From positions 110,438-174,437 of IMG/VR virus record IMGVR_UViG_3300008116_000011: a stretch of 64,000 nt of DNA; one strand, written 5' to 3'. The translations under genes and the position numbers were made by a program. The notes below the pieces were generated by a model that did not search any database, was not told where the DNA came from, and worked only from the letters and a program-made list of their open reading frames with translations. Source of the stretch: a virus. The number at the start of each line of letters is the position of its first letter. Within the stretch, counting starts at the first letter, position 1. Shown one piece after another: positions 55,391 to 63,964 of the stretch.

Positions 55391-57010
55391 TTATTCCCAA
55401 TCTTTTTTTAATTCTTCCATCAATTCAACAGCACGTTTTTGAGCTCCATAGAATGAATTATATTCTCCTTCACTAATAAAATCACCAAAGGCATAATTCC
55501 CCATTACATTAAACTTGCCATTTATTTTTTTAAAAATATAAATAACATCTGAGTGGGTTTTATCCCACCCTTCCATAGGAGCTTCGTATGCTTCTATAAG
55601 TTCTCCATATGGATCATATGGGTCATATCCAAATTCTTCAGCATCTTCATCATAATTATTTTCATTATATTCATCTATACTACTTTTATCCCATTTAGAC
55701 CACCCATCAGGAGTTTTTATTGGGCTAGCAGGGACCACACGTGCTTCATCTAGATTATTTTTAAATGGAAATCCATCTGGTTTAGATGTTAGCCAATAAC
55801 TCATTTCTTGTCTAGCCCAATCTTCTACTTCTTGATCTGTAACCTTTGCTGCATCCTCAAATCTGTTAAATCCATCAAAGAAATAAGTAGAGGATTCATC
55901 ATATCCTTCTGAGTCATCCATAAATGAATCAACAGATTCAATTTCTTCAGGATCAATTACTGATTTAAGGTAATTAGCAATAGCTTCAGAGTTTATTTCT
56001 AGGTTTTTACTTCCATTTTTATTATAACTTAATGTAATATATTTAGGTTTCATTCCAACAGGCATAACACGTGCTTCACTTATTTCATCTAATTTTATAT
56101 CAGTAAATCTAGTAACATAATCTACAAACTCTTCAGTACAATCTTCACCATCAACATATATTTTTTTATATTTTTTATAGTAGTCTACCAATATATCACC
56201 TTCTCCTACAGTTACTGTGTTAACTACTAAACTTTCATTAGAAAACTTAGGGGTATTTATTTCATCTTTAGACATTATATCAAAACTATGAAAAAATTCA
56301 GGATCAACATCATAATAATCTTGAAGTTTTTTTACTAAATCTGCTCGTTTAAGTGATGCCATTGGAGCTGGGACTATACGTGCTTCAAGTAGATTTTTTT
56401 GCAATTCTCTTTGTGCATAATCTACAAATTCATTACTGGCAAAATAAGATTCAGAATCAGGAAATGAATCTGTGCCATAATATTCATTCTCTAATTTGTA
56501 ATATATTAAATCTTCTATATCTTTATATGAAAATTGTCCTTTGCTATCAACATATTCATTTTCATAATCACTACCATAGTACTTAGACACTAATTTTCTT
56601 ATATCACCAATATCAATAGAATCTAAGTAAGATCTCCAAAATAATCTAGCTAAATATAATTGTACTTCTTTATTATCTTCGACAAATTCAAGTAGTTCCT
56701 TATCAGTTAATAAACTAACATTAGCTCTAGTAACAATATCCGATTCACCTCCTCTTACAATTTCTGCGTTGGTTTCTATCATTTTAGATTTGATATACTT
56801 TTCAACTAAAGGACCCAATACTCTATCCTCAAACATTGCTTCAACTACTCCCATATTATTTCGATAATAATTGTTATCGGAAATAATATTAGCTATTGCC
56901 TTAGATATTATAGAATTAATCTGGTTGAAATGATCAGGACTTCCTCCGGAAAATGAAATACCTTTAGGTACAATACGTGCTTCTTTTAATATATCGTATA
57001 ATTTTTTCAT
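55391..57010 (-). CDS. Four-module acidic putative cargo polyprotein
   Basis: E-ARIVP, E-ARIVP, E-ARVMP and E-ARVVP at residues 10, 209, 312 and 422. Confidence 0.7.
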   Translation of the reverse strand: MKKLYDILKEARIVPKGISFSGGSPDHFNQINSIISKAIANIISDNNYYRNNMGVVEAMFEDRVLGPLVEKYIKSKMIETNAEIVRGGESDIVTRANVSLLTDKELLEFVEDNKEVQLYLARLFWRSYLDSIDIGDIRKLVSKYYGSDYENEYVDSKGQFSYKDIEDLIYYKLENEYYGTDSFPDSESYFASNEFVDYAQRELQKNLLEARIVPAPMASLKRADLVKKLQDYYDVDPEFFHSFDIMSKDEINTPKFSNESLVVNTVTVGEGDILVDYYKKYKKIYVDGEDCTEEFVDYVTRFTDIKLDEISEARVMPVGMKPKYITLSYNKNGSKNLEINSEAIANYLKSVIDPEEIESVDSFMDDSEGYDESSTYFFDGFNRFEDAAKVTDQEVEDWARQEMSYWLTSKPDGFPFKNNLDEARVVPASPIKTPDGWSKWDKSSIDEYNENNYDEDAEEFGYDPYDPYGELIEAYEAPMEGWDKTHSDVIYIFKKINGKFNVMGNYAFGDFISEGEYNSFYGAQKRAVELMEELKKDWE

Positions 57011-57012
57011 TC

Positions 57013-57372
57013 CTATCTTACAATATATTCTTGACCACCTACTTTAGCTGAGAGTATACTGCGTAGATCAATCATTCTATAACCGTTTTTTTGTGCATCA
57101 AATACAGGTAGTAGGTCTTTAGAAGCAGCATCATAAGGTAAATCACCACCTTTTAGATGTCGTCTAACACCTAAACGACCGTTTAGTGTTCTTGTAGAGC
57201 CATCAGTTCTTTTAACAAATGTTACAGTAAAAAATTCACCTTTACCTGAATTGCGAGGGTCTGTGGCTTTAATTTTATCAATTAATTCTTCACGACTAAT
57301 AGGAACTGCTTGTTCTTTAATAAGTCTTTTTACTTCAGTAAGAAGTTGTTGTTTAAATTGGCTAAGTTTCAT
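57013..57372 (-). CDS. Small SH3/WYL-like beta-barrel protein behind a helical leader
   Basis: FFTVTFVK..DGS.R....LGV...VFD....YR.I pattern. Confidence 0.6.
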   Translation of the reverse strand: MKLSQFKQQLLTEVKRLIKEQAVPISREELIDKIKATDPRNSGKGEFFTVTFVKRTDGSTRTLNGRLGVRRHLKGGDLPYDAASKDLLPVFDAQKNGYRMIDLRSILSAKVGGQEYIVR

Positions 57373-57383
57373 ACTAATATTAA

Positions 57384-57764
57384 TTAAACAGGAATATAAA
57401 GCATCATATCACCATTACCATATTCTATAATTTCTAAATCATATCCGGCAACAGTAAGTTGTTTTTTTAATTCATATACATCGTCTACAACCCAATCGTC
57501 AAATTCACCAGGATCATAATCATCTCTTTGAAGTTCACATGAAAGTTTAGAGGTTCCTGGGTCCATAGAAAAATGAAATCCTTGAGGAGTAGCATAAATA
57601 GTACCACCCCATTCATCAGTAGTAAATTCAGGGCCTATTGCTTCCCATTCTTCTGCAGATATTGAACCCTTAAGAGGGCGTTTCATCCTTTGAGGCACAA
57701 TTCTAGCTTCGGTAATACCTGCTAGTTTTTGCAAACGTTGAGCTTCTGTAATATACTGCTTCAT
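57384..57764 (-). CDS. Hypothetical protein with leader MKQYITEAQRLQKLAGITE-ARIVP (start probably 57764)
   Basis: Shared leader; class B motif at 57768-57775 lies inside the ORF-track extension. Confidence 0.7.
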   Translation of the reverse strand: MKQYITEAQRLQKLAGITEARIVPQRMKRPLKGSISAEEWEAIGPEFTTDEWGGTIYATPQGFHFSMDPGTSKLSCELQRDDYDPGEFDDWVVDDVYELKKQLTVAGYDLEIIEYGNGDMMLYIPV

Positions 57765-57775
57765 GGATATAAATA
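57718..57775 (-). repeat. Dispersed 58-bp repeat copy 2
   Basis: 53/58 identical to 4358-4415. Confidence 0.9.
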
Positions 57776-58534
57776 TCACTCAGCAACACTGTCCTCGTAC
57801 GTTTTATTTGAAACTGTGTGGTATTTATGGCAACTGTTGCATTGTAGTTGAATTCTTGCAAGTCCAGTTGCTGTGTAACGTCTTTGTGAGAATCTTAAAT
57901 CGGTTGAACCACATTCAGGGCATGAGCATTTATCACCATTTAATAAAGCTCCGTAATGTGTTTTATGTGGAATATAATTAGAAAGTTCTTGATATACCTT
58001 TTCAAGTATTGCAACATCATTTTTGCAATACTCTATCATTTTCTTTAAAGCAGTCTTATCGTTTTTTAATACGATATCTTTCCATAAATCAAATCCAGTT
58101 TCTGTTTTGCCGCCAACGCCTAAATAATTAGCAATATAATCTAAACGATTACTATTAAATTTAAATTTAGAACGTGCTTGTTTTAATGTGTCTATTGTAG
58201 TATAACTAGGGAATGTAGGTATTCTGTGGAATAAACAGCGTGTTCTAATCCAAGGTAAATCAAATCTATCACCATTGTGTCCTACCATTTCATGAGCTTC
58301 ATTAGCAATGCTCATAAATGTTTCTAGCATTGCTTTATCATCTTGGTTTTCGTCCCAATTTAAAGAATATACTTTATTTTCACCTTCCCATTTGTAGCAA
58401 ATGCAGATGATAGCTCTTTCTTTAATAATATTACTATACGGTACGCTTAGTTTATATCCAGACTGCCAGAAAAAACCAATATTAGGGCTAGTTTCTATGT
58501 CAAAAAATAGCCTTTTCTTTTTAATTTTACTCAT
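57776..58534 (-). CDS. DEDD/RNase H-fold 3'-5' exonuclease (YprB-like) with C-terminal Zn ribbon
   Basis: FFDIET, GHNGDRFD, IDTL, YC.NDV; CPECG...CNSC. Confidence 0.85.
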   Translation of the reverse strand: MSKIKKKRLFFDIETSPNIGFFWQSGYKLSVPYSNIIKERAIICICYKWEGENKVYSLNWDENQDDKAMLETFMSIANEAHEMVGHNGDRFDLPWIRTRCLFHRIPTFPSYTTIDTLKQARSKFKFNSNRLDYIANYLGVGGKTETGFDLWKDIVLKNDKTALKKMIEYCKNDVAILEKVYQELSNYIPHKTHYGALLNGDKCSCPECGSTDLRFSQRRYTATGLARIQLQCNSCHKYHTVSNKTYEDSVAE

Positions 58535-58552
58535 AATGAGATTGTTTAACAA

Positions 58553-58584
58553 TAACTATACGAACAATATTTTGGTTACCCAAA
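58553..58584 (-). promoter_or_regulatory. Class A promoter (variant -7)
   Basis: TTTG(GGTAACC)-N20-TATAGTTA. Confidence 0.55.
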
Positions 58585-58590
58585 TTTATT

Positions 58591-58806
58591 TTAGACTAAT
58601 TTAACGTCGTCACTTCTATCTAATATAATAAAATCTTTAACTCCGTTTTGATTTTCTAAATTTATTTGAATGTCATTACCATAAACAGTAATGCTTTTAA
58701 CTTCTACAATATCTTTTTCGTTTAATTTCCCCATTGGTGTTCCAAGAATATACTTAACCCCTACTTTAAGACTAGAGGCTTTTATTTCACTTGCTTTAAA
58801 ATTCAT
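58591..58806 (-). CDS. Hypothetical protein
   Basis: ORF track. Confidence 0.55.
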   Translation of the reverse strand: MNFKASEIKASSLKVGVKYILGTPMGKLNEKDIVEVKSITVYGNDIQINLENQNGVKDFIILDRSDDVKLV

Positions 58807-58827
58807 ATTCCTTTTTATTGGATAAAT

Positions 58828-59325
58828 TTACGCTGAAGGGCTTGGTTCCTCTTCAGGAGGAGCTGGTGGTTCACCTAATGGTTCTCCTTTAGCTGGGGTT
58901 AAATTTTGTTGGGCTAAGTCTTCAGGAGATAGATTAGCGTTTATAGGTCCATATTGCAATAGATTAGATAATGCTTTAGTAGCTCTTTCACGCTCTTTAA
59001 GCACTAGCATATCGTATCTTTTTCCTAATATTTTTGCAATAAAATCTTCAGTATTCCATATCATATTAAAAAATTGTCCATTAGGGAGAACAATTTTAAA
59101 TGTAGTAGGTTTAGGAGCTACCCATTGAATATCATCAATGAATATTCTGTATTGCATTGATAGTAATTTTTCTAATGCTTGGCGTAATTCAGGAAATTTA
59201 GCTAATATCACGTTCATAGGAGAATTAGGATCACCTTGATAAGCATCTTCACGTTGCTTTCCCATTATTTGGCGTATTCTGCCTCTAATATATCCTTCTA
59301 AATCTTCTCTTGAATTAAATTCCAT
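58828..59325 (-). CDS. Hypothetical protein
   Basis: ORF track; helical leader; Pro/Glu-rich tail. Confidence 0.6.
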   Translation of the reverse strand: MEFNSREDLEGYIRGRIRQIMGKQREDAYQGDPNSPMNVILAKFPELRQALEKLLSMQYRIFIDDIQWVAPKPTTFKIVLPNGQFFNMIWNTEDFIAKILGKRYDMLVLKERERATKALSNLLQYGPINANLSPEDLAQQNLTPAKGEPLGEPPAPPEEEPSPSA

Positions 59326-59327
59326 AA

Positions 59328-60002
59328 TTATTTCTTTTTAGCTATTTGTGCTTTAATAGCAATATCTCTTCCTATTTTCCAATCTTCACCATCTACATCA
59401 CCATCGCCGTCTTGATCTTTACCTTTCTTTTCAACTACTGTAGGCATTGGGATATTATCGTTTTTAGAAATTTTTTCGTATTTTGATATTTCTGTTTCAG
59501 CATCTTCCCAATCTCCGTAATTAATATTTTTTAAAATCTGTAAATATTTTTCTTTGGTTTCTATTTTATCTTTAACATTTCTTAATCGTCTGCTTAATTT
59601 AAAAATAGTAGGAACATCATATTCTTCTTCATCTTGCCATCTATTTTCATTTAATTCATGAAATCCTTGAGCAGCTTGTTCAATATAATTTTCTGCTTTA
59701 GCAATGTGATCTTGAATCCATCCTGGGATATTGCGTTCTTGGTTGCCTAATTTTTGTTTTAATTCAAGAACTGATTTTGCAATAGCTTCTAAACTAGATA
59801 TGGCCATTGATACTTCATGATCTTCACCTTCTTTTAATTTTTTGGCTCTACTAGTAGCAATAGCGTACATGTCAGATTCATCGCCTTTAAAGGATTTTTT
59901 CATTCCTTTAACGATTTGTTCTTTTTTGCGTTCTTCAGCGCCAGTAAGAGCTCTTTCTTTTACTACGCGGCGAATCATTTCTTGTAGTTCTGTGTATTTC
60001 AT
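59328..60002 (-). CDS. Putative head-internal protein with DxDxDG loop
   Basis: MKYTELQEMIR leader; LKE/LNE sites; DQDGDGDVDGED. Confidence 0.55.
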   Translation of the reverse strand: MKYTELQEMIRRVVKERALTGAEERKKEQIVKGMKKSFKGDESDMYAIATSRAKKLKEGEDHEVSMAISSLEAIAKSVLELKQKLGNQERNIPGWIQDHIAKAENYIEQAAQGFHELNENRWQDEEEYDVPTIFKLSRRLRNVKDKIETKEKYLQILKNINYGDWEDAETEISKYEKISKNDNIPMPTVVEKKGKDQDGDGDVDGEDWKIGRDIAIKAQIAKKK

Positions 60003-60013
60003 GGTAATAAATA

Positions 60014-61045
60014 TTAGTCTAGATCTTCTAATCCAGTGTCATCTTTTTTAAGATCTGTTTCAATATCGCGCATTGTGTCCGCGGCCCATTTCTTTTGAGA
60101 CGATGTTAACTCATCATTAACCGCATTTTCAATAAATGATAAAAACTCATCCTCTTCTAATTTGTATACTTCAGTAAAAAATAATTCACGAACACGAGCA
60201 TCGTCTATATTGCTTTCATTATATAATTTAGAAAGGGCATCATATATAAATTTACCAAAACGTAAATCATTAGGTTCATTTGATAATGCATCTACAGCGC
60301 CAATAATAGCTTTATTTTTTTCTGCATCCATTCCAAATCCTTGTGTTCCAACAATTTCATACAATCCTTTTACAATTTCATGTACTAACATTGGAAAGCA
60401 AATTGCTTTAGCTTTAATTACAAATTGATCGTTTTCCTCATCATATACCATATCACTTTCACCACCTTGCATTTTTTGATCTTGTGCAAGTCTTGATAAC
60501 AGCAAAGCAATTGCATTTTCATCATCATAAATACCAAATGCTAGTTTTAATACATCTGAATATTTGTTTACTAATTCGGGGTTAAGTTGATCAAGGTATT
60601 CTCTAAATAGCATAAAACCAAAAGAACCTCTAATAGAGGCACCTTGAGTAATACCGTTAATAATGCGACGTTTTGCCTTTAATTTTTCAGGATCGTCTTG
60701 GCCAAAATCAGGAGAACTTACTTCTTCTTCACTATTAGCATTAACGGGTGTTTTAATTTTTAAAGAGCTCATAGGAACTATTTCAGCATCAATTTTGATG
60801 TTTGCATAGTCAATGATTGGATAAGCATCAGTTACCATTTGGGCAGCTACCATTTCTAGTTCATCACGATATCCATCTTCAGCTTGGATAATTTCATCTA
60901 ACAAACCTTGAGTTTTTATCATGGTTTGTTTTAAAGTTTTATTACCAAGCATTTGGCGTAATTCTTCACCTGATTTGCCTTTCAAGACAGCCATTGTTTT
61001 AGGTGAAAATATATCTTTGTAGTCTACTTCTAATAATTTTTTCAT
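60014..61045 (-). CDS. Hypothetical protein
   Basis: ORF track; KRRIIN...QGA and FP.LVHEIVKG..E segments. Confidence 0.6.
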   Translation of the reverse strand: MKKLLEVDYKDIFSPKTMAVLKGKSGEELRQMLGNKTLKQTMIKTQGLLDEIIQAEDGYRDELEMVAAQMVTDAYPIIDYANIKIDAEIVPMSSLKIKTPVNANSEEEVSSPDFGQDDPEKLKAKRRIINGITQGASIRGSFGFMLFREYLDQLNPELVNKYSDVLKLAFGIYDDENAIALLLSRLAQDQKMQGGESDMVYDEENDQFVIKAKAICFPMLVHEIVKGLYEIVGTQGFGMDAEKNKAIIGAVDALSNEPNDLRFGKFIYDALSKLYNESNIDDARVRELFFTEVYKLEEDEFLSFIENAVNDELTSSQKKWAADTMRDIETDLKKDDTGLEDLD

Positions 61046-61047
61046 TA

Positions 61048-61320
61048 TTATTTAGATTTTTTACTTCTAAAACGTTTTACAATATCATCTACTATTTTTT
61101 TCTCATTTTCATTCATTTTACCCTTAGCTTTTGGGTTAGGATTAGCACCTGGTTTAGGTTCAAATGGACGACGAGGTTTTGGTTTACCTGGTGATTTTAC
61201 TGGTGGTTCTTTTACTCCAGGTTTTGTAGCTGGTTTGCTTGGAGCTGTAGCAGGTTGGTTTTCTTTTATAGCTTTTTTAAGTTCTTCCTTAATAAGAGCT
61301 CTTAGTTCGTTTAACTTCAT
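61048..61320 (-). CDS. Pro/Lys-rich small protein with MKLNELRALIKEE leader
   Basis: ORF track. Confidence 0.6.
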   Translation of the reverse strand: MKLNELRALIKEELKKAIKENQPATAPSKPATKPGVKEPPVKSPGKPKPRRPFEPKPGANPNPKAKGKMNENEKKIVDDIVKRFRSKKSK

Positions 61321-63964
61321 TTTGTTTCTTTTTTTCTGTTATATATTCATTAAATAGTTGTTTAAATTCATCTAAATGTTGAGGATTACGTCCAAAATAT
61401 TCTCTTACAATATAATGACGAATTTCTGCCAAATTACGTTGTTGTAATACTTGAAGTAATGCCCTTGGTGAACTTAATTGATAAGCAGTACTATCAGTAA
61501 CAAGATAATGAATATTACCAGGTTGTGCTACTATAGATGCTACTTGTGTATTGTTTGCTAGTCTTATAATGTATATATCACTAGGTCCAAATTCATAAAC
61601 GGTTGTTACTCGTCCTGCATTTCCTAACATGTTATTACGAGCAGAAGCACCTCTATTACCTACTACAGGTACTTGTCTTCCATTTACTCTAAATTTTCTA
61701 GCCGCATTACGAGATATGGCATTAAATCCTTGAGTTAAATTATATTGATTTGCTACATTAGATAAAGATAAATCGCCTTCAGCTGCTGGTTGTGCCTGTT
61801 GTTGTGGGCGAGGGGTATTTGGTACTCCTGCTGGTCTACCTCTTCTGCGTATATTAGCGTTGTCAGCAGCCGGAGCATTTGCATCAGGAGCAGCGGCTGG
61901 TTGGCCACCTAATAATTGTCTTGCTACTGCTGAAGGTATATTTGCTTTAATTAATTTGCCAGTATCAGATACTTTACGGCTATTTCTTGGATCAGCTCTA
62001 TTAATAAGTAAAGCAGTTTCACCATTCATAACTGGTTTAAAATTACCATCATTATTAACAGGAGGGTTATTAGCTATAAATGCTTTTTTAGAATCACCAC
62101 CCATTCCAGTATAATTTAACATCCTTAATAAAACATCATCAGAATATGATTGATTTGTTGCTCTTAAATAATTAAAATAAGAGATCCATTCTTCAGGTCC
62201 TAATTGATCATTCAAATCTGCTCTTCTCCAATCATTTTCATCATATCCATAATCTAAAAGTGTTGAATATACTTCAGGATTGATAGTAGAAGGCATTGCA
62301 AAAAATGGAAATCTACCATTTGATGATAATATTACTGATGGTGTGTTTCTTACTGTTATTAGTCTTTGGTTATAAGGAATAGCATTAACAATACTGGTTA
62401 GGCCTTCTTTATCTACTGTAGGTGGTATGTTTTGTCCAAATAAATTAATAATATTTTGTTGAAAAGCCTCGTTATCTCTAGAGTCATTAAACATTTGTTG
62501 AACTTCTTCACTATTAAATGGTATTTTTCTTATATTACCATTTTCTAATATTTCGTATGAAGCAAATGTATTCGAATCTAATATTATTTCTTTACCATTT
62601 ATATTTTTAACTATAATAGCTGAGTTAGGATCATTTTTAGCTTTATTTAATACTCTTGTAACTACTTCTTTATCAATTACATCATCCTCAGATAATTTAA
62701 CTAAAACAGGTAAAGGAATTTTATCTAATTCTGGGTAATCCAGTAGATATTTTGATGTGCGTTTATTTAATTTAATGTTAGGATATATATCTTCTTCTCG
62801 GTATAAATCAATTTTAGGTTTATCCCCCAATGTTAATTTAACAATTGTAGATTTATCTTTAGTAAGATATATACGTTCATTATTGTCTAAGTCCCATTTA
62901 TTTATTTTAGTTAATATTTTTTTAACACCAAAAGGAAATTCTAAATCTCTTAAATATGATAAATCTACTTCATTTCTCATATTAGTCGTAATAGACGTCC
63001 TGTCTCCATCAGAAAATTTATCTAAATTTGCTAATAAAATTTCATCTTGTATTACTCCTGGTGTTTTTGCTACTAAAGTAGCTATTTCAGGGTATCGAGA
63101 AATATATTTTTCTAAAAAAGTATTATTAGTTATATCTGAAAATATATTTTGTCTGATATTCTCCCATGCTCGGGCATTAATATATAATCGTTTAGTTGCA
63201 AAAGGCTCTTTTGCCCATTCTTGAAAACTTAAAGGTTTAGATTTAAAAACTTTTGCTCCTTTTTCTGCCCCTGATAGTGGGATATATTTTAGAGTATTTT
63301 TAAGATTTGGAATATCTCTTAACCAGGGAACTTGTTGAAGTAATCCATCCCAATTAAAAGGACCTTCTACTTGAGGGCTGTTTGCTCTATTAGTAAATTT
63401 ATAATTACCATCTTGCAATACCTGGATAGCTACAAAACTTAATATGTCACTATCAGATAAATTATTATTTTTAGCTAAATAAAATGTTGGATAACCATAT
63501 GAACTTCCATATCTGTATCTTCCCCACCAATCACCTCCAGGTTGGGTAATACACCATTTAAGTCCTCCGGGCATTTGTTGAGAAGCTCCATACACAATAC
63601 AATTACCTTGTTTAGCTCCATTCCAAATAGTAATACCATTATCTTGATATACTACATCAGGTGTTCTATCTTCATCTTCTTCTTCTCTTTCATCTTCAAA
63701 TCGAGAAGTACGTACAAGTTTTATTAATTCACCAACAGTATATTTGTCTAGATCTTTTTCTTTAATCTTAGGTGAATTTTTAATAGTATCAAAACGCTTA
63801 ATAAATTGTCTTAATTCATCTTCAGTAACTCTAACGTTAAAATCTTCAGCTTCTTCGCTAAATTTTTTAATAAATCGGTTTATAGTACCTTCACTGTATT
63901 CTTCATTCAGTTCATTTACCCAATTATGTACAACGTGTAATATAAATCTATTTATAGGAGTCAT
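61289..63964 (-). CDS. Large hypothetical protein (KWCI motif, AT-hook-like RRGRP)
   Basis: ORF track; class B motif at 63982-63989 upstream. Confidence 0.65.
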   Translation of the reverse strand: MTPINRFILHVVHNWVNELNEEYSEGTINRFIKKFSEEAEDFNVRVTEDELRQFIKRFDTIKNSPKIKEKDLDKYTVGELIKLVRTSRFEDEREEEDEDRTPDVVYQDNGITIWNGAKQGNCIVYGASQQMPGGLKWCITQPGGDWWGRYRYGSSYGYPTFYLAKNNNLSDSDILSFVAIQVLQDGNYKFTNRANSPQVEGPFNWDGLLQQVPWLRDIPNLKNTLKYIPLSGAEKGAKVFKSKPLSFQEWAKEPFATKRLYINARAWENIRQNIFSDITNNTFLEKYISRYPEIATLVAKTPGVIQDEILLANLDKFSDGDRTSITTNMRNEVDLSYLRDLEFPFGVKKILTKINKWDLDNNERIYLTKDKSTIVKLTLGDKPKIDLYREEDIYPNIKLNKRTSKYLLDYPELDKIPLPVLVKLSEDDVIDKEVVTRVLNKAKNDPNSAIIVKNINGKEIILDSNTFASYEILENGNIRKIPFNSEEVQQMFNDSRDNEAFQQNIINLFGQNIPPTVDKEGLTSIVNAIPYNQRLITVRNTPSVILSSNGRFPFFAMPSTINPEVYSTLLDYGYDENDWRRADLNDQLGPEEWISYFNYLRATNQSYSDDVLLRMLNYTGMGGDSKKAFIANNPPVNNDGNFKPVMNGETALLINRADPRNSRKVSDTGKLIKANIPSAVARQLLGGQPAAAPDANAPAADNANIRRRGRPAGVPNTPRPQQQAQPAAEGDLSLSNVANQYNLTQGFNAISRNAARKFRVNGRQVPVVGNRGASARNNMLGNAGRVTTVYEFGPSDIYIIRLANNTQVASIVAQPGNIHYLVTDSTAYQLSSPRALLQVLQQRNLAEIRHYIVREYFGRNPQHLDEFKQLFNEYITEKKKQNEVKRTKSSY

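Noticed and set aside
32298-58552. Upstream-extended starts in the ORF track (32336, 32944, 36485, 47890, 57779, 58552)
   Set aside because: The extensions run through the promoter motif, a structured leader or the upstream gene. The downstream ATGs fit better.
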